This document shows, piece by piece, positions 9,486 to 18,358 of a DNA stretch of 64,000 nt (position 1 is the stretch's first letter; every line of letters begins with the position of its first letter). The translations under genes and the position numbers were made by a program. Below the pieces are notes generated by a model. The model was given only the letters and a program-made list of their open reading frames with translations. It did not search any database and was not told the origin of the DNA. Source of the stretch: Candidatus Sungiibacteriota bacterium (GTDB taxonomy: Bacteria > Patescibacteriota > Minisyncoccia > Sungbacterales > HO2-52-23); contig CP066690.1 of assembly GCA_016432465.1 (NCBI GenBank), positions 786,724 to 850,723 of the forward strand. Direction: 5' to 3'.

Positions 9486-10955
9486 ATGCTGGAGGCGCAG
9501 CTTATTTTTGACCGTTACCATGCAACAATGGATCAGTTTGCTTCGGGAGAGCACGCCCTGATTGGTGGTAAACCTTTAGCCGACCTGCCGGCCACATTTT
9601 ACGTATCGCAGCGCAAACTTTCTTTTGCTCCTTGTGTTGGTCATGAGCGTCTGCTGGAGGGTTTGATGAGACGAAACATTGATGTACCCAGAGCGCGGTT
9701 TCTTCGTGAGGATAAGGCAGGACTTTCTCGAACCGCCGAGCGTCTTGCTTCAACCTCTAACCCTTTCTTGATTCGTTGTGTAAAGCCCGGAACTATTATG
9801 TTCGCCCGGGAGCCTTTTGCAGATATCACAGGTCCTTTTGCCGAGACGCAGATGATGGAAGTAAGGTTTGAGCACGCATTTGACGAACCCATGACGGTTG
9901 CGGGCAGGGCTTTAGCCATACGGCTTGATGCGGGAGAACGCTGGATTTCTGATTTTTCCTTACGTCGGGATGGAAGTCTTGGTAGAGCGGTGGACATTGC
10001 CAAGTACTCTTATATCGGAGGTTTTGACGATACCTCCAACATGGAAGCCGCGTTTCTTTTGGACATTAATGCCGTGGGCACCATGGCTCATTATCTGGTG
10101 CAGGCGTTTCTGGTGTCTAGTCGCTATCCCCAGCGTTCGGAAAAAGGAGTACGCAAACACTTTCAACAAGCATGTTTTGAACAATGGTTAGATGCGCACC
10201 CCAAAGGCACAACCCTGCTGTTGGACACTATTACCTTAAGGCTTGGAGTAATCCACACTATTCGTGCTGCTAAAAGTTCGGAAGGCAGACGCGGGGCTTT
10301 AAGGGCAGTACGTATTGACTCTGGTAATTTGATTAAAAACGCGCTTTGGGTGCGTGCGATGCTGGATGCCAATGCCCTTGAAGACGTTAAGATTATTCTC
10401 ACATCTGACCTTGACAGGAATCTGATTGCCGAGATTGTTAAACGCTGTCCGGCAGTATACGGATTTGGCGTAGGCACAAAACTTGCCGCCGAGGTGGAAA
10501 ACGTCGCCGGTGTTATATTTAAGCTTTCCCAGATTGATGACCTGCCGACCCTCAAGTGTTCCGAAACTCCCGGGAAAGAAACTCTCCCCGGTCGCCTGCA
10601 GGTATGGCGGTGTATTGATCATGAGGGATTTTTCGTCAAAGATGTAATTGGTACTGATGGTTGGGCGGCAAGCGAACAAGATAGAAAAGAATTTTCTTCT
10701 GCCTTTCCGCTGTTGCAGCCGTGGTGGGGCAATGCTTTCAAGACTGACTTTCTGCCTTATGAACAGCCGCGTATGCCGACCATTCAGGAACAGCGCGTGT
10801 TTGTACAGCAACAGGTTAAAAGATTTCGTGATATCCATAACTATCCGGTAGAACTCTCCAGTCTGACCAAAGAACGGATTAGGTATCTTACAGAAATGAT
10901 GACCCGTGATGAGATGGGAGAGAGTGGGGTCGTCATGGTTGACTATCCATCGTAG
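9486..10955 (+). CDS. pncB: Nicotinate phosphoribosyltransferase (divergent)
   Basis: 'DRYHATM', 'EPFADITGP', 'DFSLRR', 'GGFDDTSN', 'GTMAH' (phospho-His), 'LLDT', 'VRIDSG', 'FGVGTKL', 'KETLPG'. Confidence 0.85.
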   Translation: MLEAQLIFDRYHATMDQFASGEHALIGGKPLADLPATFYVSQRKLSFAPCVGHERLLEGLMRRNIDVPRARFLREDKAGLSRTAERLASTSNPFLIRCVKPGTIMFAREPFADITGPFAETQMMEVRFEHAFDEPMTVAGRALAIRLDAGERWISDFSLRRDGSLGRAVDIAKYSYIGGFDDTSNMEAAFLLDINAVGTMAHYLVQAFLVSSRYPQRSEKGVRKHFQQACFEQWLDAHPKGTTLLLDTITLRLGVIHTIRAAKSSEGRRGALRAVRIDSGNLIKNALWVRAMLDANALEDVKIILTSDLDRNLIAEIVKRCPAVYGFGVGTKLAAEVENVAGVIFKLSQIDDLPTLKCSETPGKETLPGRLQVWRCIDHEGFFVKDVIGTDGWAASEQDRKEFSSAFPLLQPWWGNAFKTDFLPYEQPRMPTIQEQRVFVQQQVKRFRDIHNYPVELSSLTKERIRYLTEMMTRDEMGESGVVMVDYPS

Positions 10956-11047
10956 TTTTTGAAGCCGAAACGCAACCGCGTTTCGGATTTTAGTTTTTTG
11001 AAAATGATAAAGCCGAGAGTTCACGCTCTCGGTCTTTGACTTAACTG

Positions 11048-11872
11048 TTAACTGCAGGGCAAGGCGTTTAAGGTTTGTAGCATCAACTTGCCTTCGCCGG
11101 ACTCGCCCTGCTCCGGATCGCCAACAAAAATAGTATAAGAGCAGTTTTTGATGGGGTTTTCGTCATCTTTTCTGGTGAAGTCTTGAGACTCCCAACGTTC
11201 TTGTGTGGAAATAAAGGCGGTGATAGTTATATGGTGGCTCACCAAAAGAACTTCTCTTTCGGAGAACTCACGGATAAGTTTTCCCGAAAGAAGCCGCATC
11301 CGTCCCTCTACCCCCAGAACATTTTCTCCCTGCGGATAGCAATAGTCATATTTGCCGTCTCTCAAGTAAATGTACCTTTGTTCTGGGTGGAAGGTTTCCA
11401 TTACTCTCCAGTTATTGTAGAGACCGGCAAGCCCGATGTCTATTTCTCTAATAAGCGGTTCAGTCTCCTGTTTTATTCCAGCAAGTTCCGGCCATCCGCG
11501 GGTCATTCCTTCCAGTGTCTGTTTGGTGCGAAGATACGGCGAGACCAGAATAACGTCGGGAAGCCGTGCATCAGGAAGAATTTTCAGGGTTCGCCCCAGA
11601 CGTTCTGCCTGCAGCCAGCCGGTATCAGTTAGGGGTGTTAGTCGGTTACTGTAAGGCAGGAAATACTTTCTATACATTTTTACTGCCAACCCACGCAGTT
11701 CCTTTGAGGCTTTTACATACGGCCAATGTCTTTGGAACTTATCTAGATTAAATTCCTGCTCAAAGAGCTTTACAAAACGCTGATATTCCGGATCTTTCCT
11801 TTGCTGTTCTTTGACTCTGTTAAATTCTGATTCTCCGTGGCGCACTAAGATGACTTTACGCGGCCATTTCAT
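11048..11872 (-). CDS. Histidine phosphatase (phosphoglycerate mutase-like) family protein
   Basis: 'ILVRHGESEFN', 'VSPYLRTKQT', 'IREIDIG', 'PQGEN', 'VSHH', 'NCS'. Confidence 0.9.
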   Translation of the reverse strand: MKWPRKVILVRHGESEFNRVKEQQRKDPEYQRFVKLFEQEFNLDKFQRHWPYVKASKELRGLAVKMYRKYFLPYSNRLTPLTDTGWLQAERLGRTLKILPDARLPDVILVSPYLRTKQTLEGMTRGWPELAGIKQETEPLIREIDIGLAGLYNNWRVMETFHPEQRYIYLRDGKYDYCYPQGENVLGVEGRMRLLSGKLIREFSEREVLLVSHHITITAFISTQERWESQDFTRKDDENPIKNCSYTIFVGDPEQGESGEGKLMLQTLNALPCS

Positions 11873-11957
11873 TCGTTAGTCCCCCCGCAAGGTTTCTTTA
11901 ATCGTACCACGATTTCTCTGATTTTGCAAACTAAAACCGAAGCATGAGCTTCGGTTG

Positions 11958-13145
11958 CTATCTTCCCTCCAAAATGGTCTGCATAATCATTCCGACAGTT
12001 GACCAGTCAAGCAGTCGTGTCTCAATAATTTCGCCCAATGTTTTTACTTCAAGTGAGGTTTGTTCTCCTTCAGCGATATTTCCAAAGACCGTGCGGTTTC
12101 GAGCATTAGTCTCAAAATACTCAATTTCTTCGGGTTTAAGTCGGATAGAAAAAAGGTGGGTGTGATGCGCAGAAAAAGTTCCGGCAACCTGACGCGAACC
12201 ATGGGCAACCAGGCGGCATTTTTCAAATTCTTTTCCGGTTTCTTCCTTAATCTCCTCCAGGGCAATTTCTTCCGGTGTCAGCCACCATTGGGGTGAGGAG
12301 CCGCTGGGCAGCTCGTGGATAAATCCATCCGGAGTTCTCCCCGAAGGCCGGAACTCTTTTACCAAAACAATTTTTGTATTCAGCGGGTTGAAAGCTTCCT
12401 GCCATAGCACTGTGGCCGAGGTATCGGTTCTGGACAGGGCAAAATCAAACTCGCTTGTTTTGAATCTATTTTCCGAGGCAATAAAGATCCGTGCCTGTAG
12501 TATCCATCTGTAAACAAATGACCCCTTAGCATTCTTGCGGGAGCACCAAAGTACCTCGGCCCCTTCCAGTATATTTCCTGCTGTCTTTAGACCTTCATAC
12601 CACAATTGGAATGATTTCGCGTTCCAGATGTGAAGCGGTATGTCGCATTCACCGCCATTTCTCTCGGCGCCGCCTCCAATGTAGGAGACCGCAAAATCAA
12701 GGGTGTCTTTCAGCGTTTGAAAGCGCGGGACGTCTTGCCTGTCTGCCGTCAGTTCAAGATATTTATTTCTAGGAAGATCAGGTGGAGCGCCATAAACTAT
12801 TTTGCCCGAGCGTACCCAAAGACCAAATTCCACGTTGGTGGTAAAGGCAGGCATGGTAGTAAGGTTTCTTGGCACCCAAAACACAATAAGATCCGCCCTG
12901 TTAAGGCCTATTCGCTCCCAAGCAATCTGGTGTTTGTATTCTTGATTGTTTATATCTTCTTCTCTTGGTCCGTCGCGATTTTCCGGTATAAATACATGCC
13001 CGTCATAGCCAAGTTCCTCCAGAATTTTGATTGCCCCGGGAATGCGCCAAGAGGGAGTAGTGCGTTTCCTCGGCGTCGGCCCTGCAAGAAATATAGATTT
13101 TTTAACGTGCGTAGGAAAAGGTTCTCTGGTATAAATCAGTTCCAT
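11958..13145 (-). CDS. Nucleoside 2-deoxyribosyltransferase-like domain fused to a Nudix hydrolase
   Basis: N-terminal 'SIFLAGPTPR..SWR', 'QIAWE...ADLIVFWVPR...TTNVEFG'; C-terminal 'LVKEFR...ELPSGS...ALEEIKEETG'. Confidence 0.8.
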   Translation of the reverse strand: MELIYTREPFPTHVKKSIFLAGPTPRKRTTPSWRIPGAIKILEELGYDGHVFIPENRDGPREEDINNQEYKHQIAWERIGLNRADLIVFWVPRNLTTMPAFTTNVEFGLWVRSGKIVYGAPPDLPRNKYLELTADRQDVPRFQTLKDTLDFAVSYIGGGAERNGGECDIPLHIWNAKSFQLWYEGLKTAGNILEGAEVLWCSRKNAKGSFVYRWILQARIFIASENRFKTSEFDFALSRTDTSATVLWQEAFNPLNTKIVLVKEFRPSGRTPDGFIHELPSGSSPQWWLTPEEIALEEIKEETGKEFEKCRLVAHGSRQVAGTFSAHHTHLFSIRLKPEEIEYFETNARNRTVFGNIAEGEQTSLEVKTLGEIIETRLLDWSTVGMIMQTILEGR

Positions 13146-13260
13146 GACGTCCTCCCCCTGCTGGCAATGTTTAAAGTTTAAACTTTTTTGTTAAAAAAAA
13201 CAAGCGAAAACCCACACCGAATTTTGGTGTGGGAAGTCTGACTTTCTGTGGGTGATTGGG

Positions 13261-14142
13261 CTATAGTATTACTGCTCCTTCATATTGCCAGTAGGGCCGG
13301 ATACGTCCGTTAGGAGAAAAAATTATATTTCTCAATTCTTCCGAGTCTGGCTGGATAGAAAGACAGTTATTAAGACAGAAATTCTGGCCGTTGACGTCAA
13401 AAACTACTGCACCATGGGTTAGGGTATACAGTCTCCTTCCTTGTGTAAAAAGAAATTGCTGGATATCCCCAAACTGTTCAGTGGTTAGCTGGTGCTCACT
13501 GGTCCACTCCCATACTTTTTTGTCTCTGGCCAGTCTTTCCTCTGGTTTTTCGACCGGCGTTCCGGTAAGTTGTTCCACCCTGTTTGTTTTGGCAAATTCA
13601 ATAAGACGTGTCAGCTCTTTGCTGTTATCAATAAACCCCCCGGTCAGAACGCAAGTTAGTCGCACCGAGAAAAGCATGTCGTGCAATGTTTGGATAAGAC
13701 GCGGCAGGTCAAAATAACTTTTGGGAGAGTGAAAAAAGAATTCTCCATTTTTCCCCGGATCGTAGTGGGCAATAGATATGGCAATAGTAGTCATACCAAG
13801 TTCGTACCACATTTTGAGGTGGGAAGCGTATACTTCCGGTTTTCGAGCAAGCAGACTGCCGTTGGTTTGCAGTTCAATAAGAGGAAATTCAAAGGGCTCA
13901 AGCTCTTGTAGAAATCGCGTAATTTGTTTTGGAAAGATCGTAGGTTCACCCTTGCCGGTCAGCATGACTGTGGTACATCCGCATTGTTTGGCTAGTCGGC
14001 AGGCAATTTTGAAGTTCCGCCAATTTACCTCCGGCTCCTTAGTCTCTATCCCCTCAGGTAGTGTCATTTTGGAAACACAGGGCGAGCAACAGGCATTACA
14101 GGCCTCACTTCCGGCGATAATGCTGAAGGTCTGGATGCGCAT
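13261..14142 (-). CDS. Radical SAM protein of unknown function
   Basis: CxxxCxxC 'CNACCSPC', 'LTGKGEPT', 'ELQTNG'; GGAGG RBS. Confidence 0.85.
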   Translation of the reverse strand: MRIQTFSIIAGSEACNACCSPCVSKMTLPEGIETKEPEVNWRNFKIACRLAKQCGCTTVMLTGKGEPTIFPKQITRFLQELEPFEFPLIELQTNGSLLARKPEVYASHLKMWYELGMTTIAISIAHYDPGKNGEFFFHSPKSYFDLPRLIQTLHDMLFSVRLTCVLTGGFIDNSKELTRLIEFAKTNRVEQLTGTPVEKPEERLARDKKVWEWTSEHQLTTEQFGDIQQFLFTQGRRLYTLTHGAVVFDVNGQNFCLNNCLSIQPDSEELRNIIFSPNGRIRPYWQYEGAVIL

Positions 14143-14231
14143 CTTCTACCCTCCGGTCCTGCGGTCTCTTTAAGGGTAACATAGAAATATTACTTTGTCC
14201 AGCCAAAAAGGAAGCCGCCCGCGGGGTTTCA

Positions 14232-14332
14232 TCCCCCCACCCAGGGAACCGCGGCTGGAAGGCCGCGGAGGAATGGCATAGTCTCTCGCGAAACGAGAAA
14301 CACAAGATAACCCACCCGGGAGGGTGGGGGGA
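14232..14332. mobile_element. MITE-like element with related TIRs (TCCCCCCACCC...GGGTGGGGGGA) but different interior
   Basis: Inverted termini; flanks TTCA/CTCA. Confidence 0.55.
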
Positions 14333-14333
14333 C

Positions 14334-15206
14334 TCATCTAAACGCGAATTTTTCCTGCAGGCTTTTGAAAAAATAGTTTTTTTCAAGTTCCAAAAAGCGC
14401 ACCAATCTCTCGGATTTTTTAATAATTATGCGGTCTCCCGGGCGCAGCGCGAGAGCCCGTTCCGTGTCAGTCGAGAGCATGACGTCCACCGGCTCTTTTG
14501 TATCCTGCAGTAGAAATCGGCCACTTTTTCTAAAACCCCCAATCTTCACGGTGATGGTTCTGTCCCTTTTAATAACGAGGCTCGGCGTAGGCAGACTATG
14601 GTCCATTAATTCTGTGATGATAAAACATTTGATGTCGGGCATAACAATGGGGCCGTGGGCGGATAGATTGTAGGCAGTAGAGCCGGTTGCCGTAGAAACC
14701 AAAACCCCGCTGCCGTGGATTTTTTGTACACAATGCTCGTCCACATACACTTCAATATCAACAACCCCCGAAAGATTCTGGACCGCAATCTCATTCAAGG
14801 CGTATCCGGACAAAATTCTTTTGCCTCTACGTTCAACCACTGCTCGCATCATCATATGCGGTACCACGCGGTATTTACGGCGCAAAACACTAAAGAGTCC
14901 CGCTACGAAGTTTTTGGGGTTTCTGACGGAGGCAAGAAATCCTACATGACCAAGGTTCAGGCCCAAAATACGCGGATTCCAACGCTGAAATTTTTGAGCA
15001 GCTTCCAGTATGGTTCCATCCCCGCCCAGTACAATCAAAAGTTCCGGGGCTGATTTTTTTTGCCGCGGAACCGCATTGGATGCCAGAATTTGAATTTTGG
15101 TAAAACGTTTTTTTAGGAGTCGGGCAAGTTTGTTTTCCCAAAATTTGGCAGCTTTAACTTCCGTCCGAAAATAAAAAGCTACTTTTTTAAATGCTAAGCC
15201 GGACAT
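14334..15206 (-). CDS. nadK: NAD kinase
   Basis: 'VLGGDGTIL', 'GLNLGHVGFL', 'ALNE', 'VSTATGSTAYNLSAHGP'. Confidence 0.95.
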   Translation of the reverse strand: MSGLAFKKVAFYFRTEVKAAKFWENKLARLLKKRFTKIQILASNAVPRQKKSAPELLIVLGGDGTILEAAQKFQRWNPRILGLNLGHVGFLASVRNPKNFVAGLFSVLRRKYRVVPHMMMRAVVERRGKRILSGYALNEIAVQNLSGVVDIEVYVDEHCVQKIHGSGVLVSTATGSTAYNLSAHGPIVMPDIKCFIITELMDHSLPTPSLVIKRDRTITVKIGGFRKSGRFLLQDTKEPVDVMLSTDTERALALRPGDRIIIKKSERLVRFLELEKNYFFKSLQEKFAFR

Positions 15207-15261
15207 GCGGTAATTTTATCACGTTTAGCCCTTTTTTGCCAAGTAGACTCCGGTTAACACC

Positions 15262-15318
15262 TTGACTTATTTTCACCGGCGTACTATACTAATACTGGTA
15301 GTGTAGCGTGTACACTAT
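15262..15318 (+). promoter_or_regulatory. sigma70 promoter (TTGACT-17-TATACT, 15262-15290) followed by predicted NrtR operator (15298-15318)
   Basis: GTAGTGT-AGCGTGT-ACACTAT directly after the -10 box. Confidence 0.8.
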
Positions 15319-15341
15319 TTGGTTCTTTTGGGGAGGATGTT

Positions 15342-15803
15342 GTGAGGACGGTTGAGATTGTGGTACGCAACAAAGACGGGAAATTATTTTTCTACGGTGA
15401 TGGGATTTATTTTAATTTTCTTAGTGCCTTTCCTTTTTGGGGAGGAGAGCTGTGTTTACTACGAGATGGCAAGATCATTGATCGCGCTCGCATTGATGAA
15501 CACGGCACACATGCGCCTACTGTATGCTTTTTGGGGCTAAAGAGTGTGGGCACGTATGCAACAACAGATCTTTTTGTCGTTCAGTTCCAAGAGGGTGATC
15601 TGCTAAAAATTGAGTTTCTGGACACGGTCGGCGAATTACGGCAATGGGTTATTAATGACTTTATTGATACGGAGGTTTGGAAGCGGGTAAAAGAGAGTGG
15701 TCATACCACCCCATCCTATGCGGTTCTGGAGTTATATGCGGAAGAATGGGAGCGTTTATGTAAAGAGATTAAGGATAAAAACATAGATACATTTGAAATT
15801 TAA
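15342..15803 (+). CDS. Hypothetical protein, predicted NrtR-regulated
   Basis: 153-aa ORF with GGGAGG RBS, own promoter and operator. Confidence 0.7.
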   Translation: MRTVEIVVRNKDGKLFFYGDGIYFNFLSAFPFWGGELCLLRDGKIIDRARIDEHGTHAPTVCFLGLKSVGTYATTDLFVVQFQEGDLLKIEFLDTVGELRQWVINDFIDTEVWKRVKESGHTTPSYAVLELYAEEWERLCKEIKDKNIDTFEI

Positions 15804-15911
15804 GAAACAAGGCACCCGTCTAAGGGTGCTTTAATGCAAAATTTTTTGATTGACTGTTGTATTTAAAGGGGGTACTATTGTTTAGGTTTGGATACAAGGG
15901 ACTCTTAAATA

Positions 15912-16718
15912 ATGCGGCAGCCGCTTCATAAAAAGGCGCGTCTGGAAAAGCCGTCTGTATATCCCGAAAGATTTTCTGTCCCCGACGACAAAGTAGACTG
16001 GTGTAGCTATTTTGGAGAATACCGCCCGCCTTATTTTGTGGCACCAGAAATTTTGGAGCGGTTTTATCAAAATCCGTCAGAAGTAGATCCAGAAGATTGC
16101 TGTAAGATTAAAAGGCCGTTTTACAGTTTTGAAAATAAGGTGGAGCTTGATAGTTCTAATCGGCCGAGAAATCCCAGAGGCAGAACCGGTCTTGCGGGTA
16201 GGGGCATACTTTGGAGGTGGGGAGCTAACCTAGCAGTTGATACGGTTTTAAGCAGGCTTAATGCAGAAACGGACGAGTTGGAGTTGCTTCTTATAAATAG
16301 AAAAGACACCGGAGAGCTCGCTCTTCCTGGGGGTATGGTGAATAAAGGTGAAAAGATTCGGGAGGCACAAGAGCGGGAATTTGAAGAAGAAACAGGTCTC
16401 AAGATTTCTATGGAAGACTCCGAAACGGTTTATTGCGGTTATGTGGATGATCAAAGAAACACAGATAACGCTTGGATGGAAACCGTGGCCTCGCATAAGC
16501 ACATGGGTAGTAATCAGGCAAGTACTTTAAGTTTTCGGGCTGGCGATGACGCCGAGAATGTTCTTTGGCATTCTTTGAAACCCGAGCTCATCACTAATCT
16601 TTATGCCAGTCATGACGAAATTGTTAGGCTGGCTATGTATAGGTTTTACGATCGCTGTGGCGGTTGGTTGACTGCAAAAACAAAGGAACAAATTGAGGCA
16701 GTGATAGTCCGTCAGTAG
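15912..16718 (+). CDS. NUDT9-like ADP-ribose pyrophosphatase
   Basis: 'RNPRGRTGLAGRGILWRWGAN', 'ALPGGMV...REFEEETG', 'GYVDDQRNTDNAWMET', 'AGDDA', 'LYASH' are NUDT9-family signatures. Confidence 0.9.
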   Translation: MRQPLHKKARLEKPSVYPERFSVPDDKVDWCSYFGEYRPPYFVAPEILERFYQNPSEVDPEDCCKIKRPFYSFENKVELDSSNRPRNPRGRTGLAGRGILWRWGANLAVDTVLSRLNAETDELELLLINRKDTGELALPGGMVNKGEKIREAQEREFEEETGLKISMEDSETVYCGYVDDQRNTDNAWMETVASHKHMGSNQASTLSFRAGDDAENVLWHSLKPELITNLYASHDEIVRLAMYRFYDRCGGWLTAKTKEQIEAVIVRQ

Positions 16719-16733
16719 TACGGACTTTTTTCA

Positions 16734-16793
16734 TTGACATATTGGCTATTACAGGCTATAATTTAAATAGCAGTAGTGTGCTATGCACACTAT
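16734..16793 (+). promoter_or_regulatory. Consensus sigma70 promoter (TTGACA-17-TATAAT, 16734-16762) and predicted NrtR operator (16773-16793)
   Basis: GTAGTGT-GCTATGC-ACACTAT just downstream of the predicted transcription start. Confidence 0.85.
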
Positions 16794-16833
16794 TTGATCC
16801 TTGAGTAATTGGTGCCTGTAGAGGAGAAAGAAA

Positions 16834-18168
16834 ATGTATGAGAAAGTCTACGACGTCGCCATTATTGGCGGAGGGGTTACTGGCACAGCCCAAGCGTATA
16901 TCTTTTCTTATTTTGTGGAGGGGGTTTCCCGGATTTTGCTCGTTGAGAAAAATAATAATGTGGCGCTGGTAAATTCGCACACAGTCAGCAACGCCCAAAC
17001 ACTGCATGGCGGCGATACAGAAACAAATTTTGGTTTAGAGAAGGCGTTGAAGATGAGAGACGCGGAGCGAATGCTCTCGGCGTTTCTTGAGAAATTTAGT
17101 CACGGTCAGGGCGCATTCCGCCGGCTCTATAAAATGGCTTTTGGAGTAGGGGAGAAAGAGGTTCGGATTCTCTCCGAGCGCTTTGCCATGATTAGGAGCT
17201 ATTATCCTACTTTGCAGTTTCTGGGACGCGAGGAGCTGGTGCGCATTGAACCGAAGCTCTTGGAAGGACGTGATCCCAGCATACCCGTAGCAGCGCTTTA
17301 TCGTCCCAATGGTTATGCGGTGGATTATCGAAAACTGGCAGAGTGTTTTGTGGCTGAAGCCAAAAAAACAGGCAAAGTGGAAATTTTACTTGGCACAAAA
17401 ACGAATGAGATCATAAGGCGGGGCAATCTCTTTGAGATACGCACATCCAAAGGCAATTATCTTGCTAAAGCCGTGATGGTGGCAGCAGGACCCTATAGTC
17501 TTCTTTTTGCTCACGCCTTGGGTTATGCCGGGGATTATACAATTCTTCCGGTTGCCGGAAATTTCTACCACACTAAGGCTGTCTGTTTTCCTGGAAAGGT
17601 ATATGGTGTTCAAGATCCTGTATTACAGTTTACCGCAGCGCATATTGATTCTTCCGTGGATAATCCTGGAAAGATGCGTCTTGGTCCTACGGCTGACGTT
17701 GTTCCTCTTCTTGAAAAACACCACTGGATGACTTTTATAGACTTCTTGCGTACGGGGATCATTGGGTTACGCGGTGCCCGCGCTATTGCCAAGATTTTTT
17801 GCAACTGGAAGGTTGTGAAATTTGCAGCGCGTAACATCGTCTACAAGCTTCCTGTTGTTGGTAAATGGTACTTTTTGAAAAAGGCAGCGCAGAAACTCGT
17901 ACCCACCCTTCGTTATCGTGATATCCAGTTTGCCAAAGGAGAGGGTGGTATCAGGCCGCAGTTGGTGAACGTAGAAGAGGGGCGACTGGAAATGGGTACA
18001 GGGAAGATTTTGGGCGATAGTATTATTTTTGATATCACCCCTTCGCCCGGGGCTTCGGACTGTTTGAGGAATGCTGTGGTAAACGCTAAGCACGTCGTCC
18101 AACTTTCAGGCGGTGCATACGTTTTTGACGAAGAAAGTTTTCAGAAGGAGTTCGGCCTCCACACCTAG
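16834..18168 (+). CDS. FAD-dependent oxidoreductase, Helicobacter/Campylobacter-type malate:quinone oxidoreductase-like; candidate NadB substitute
   Basis: 'DVAIIGGGVTG', 'NAQTLHGGDTETNF', 'KMAFGVG', 'LPVAGNFY', 'GKVYGVQDP', 'RLGPTA', 'GGIRPQ', 'DITPSPGASDCLRNA' match the epsilonproteobacterial Mqo motif pattern as I recall it. Confidence 0.8.
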   Translation: MYEKVYDVAIIGGGVTGTAQAYIFSYFVEGVSRILLVEKNNNVALVNSHTVSNAQTLHGGDTETNFGLEKALKMRDAERMLSAFLEKFSHGQGAFRRLYKMAFGVGEKEVRILSERFAMIRSYYPTLQFLGREELVRIEPKLLEGRDPSIPVAALYRPNGYAVDYRKLAECFVAEAKKTGKVEILLGTKTNEIIRRGNLFEIRTSKGNYLAKAVMVAAGPYSLLFAHALGYAGDYTILPVAGNFYHTKAVCFPGKVYGVQDPVLQFTAAHIDSSVDNPGKMRLGPTADVVPLLEKHHWMTFIDFLRTGIIGLRGARAIAKIFCNWKVVKFAARNIVYKLPVVGKWYFLKKAAQKLVPTLRYRDIQFAKGEGGIRPQLVNVEEGRLEMGTGKILGDSIIFDITPSPGASDCLRNAVVNAKHVVQLSGGAYVFDEESFQKEFGLHT

Positions 18169-18317
18169 CGGTGGAGGTTTTTCTTTTATCTTTCGTCCTC
18201 CAGAAAACGCGGCAGCTTGGGAAGTCAGACTTCCCTTGCTGCCGAGTAGTTCATCACCTTTATCATTGAGCGGTTGATGCCCTCTTGACTTTTTTTGAAG
18301 AGCGCGTTACACCTTAC

Positions 18318-18338
18318 TTAGTGTACAGGTTACACTAA
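18318..18338. promoter_or_regulatory. Predicted NrtR operator upstream of nadA-nadC
   Basis: TTAGTGT-ACAGGTT-ACACTAA; TTGACT at 18285. Confidence 0.8.
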
Positions 18339-18358
18339 TTGGACCCTTGAAAAAGGAG

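Noticed and set aside
8743-10955. Phage-type NAD reconstitution pathway (NARP1/NARP2)
   Set aside because: The phosphoribosyltransferase looks like PncB and is paired with a nicotinamidase; no PRPP-synthetase-like Adps or NadV/NatV pair is visible.
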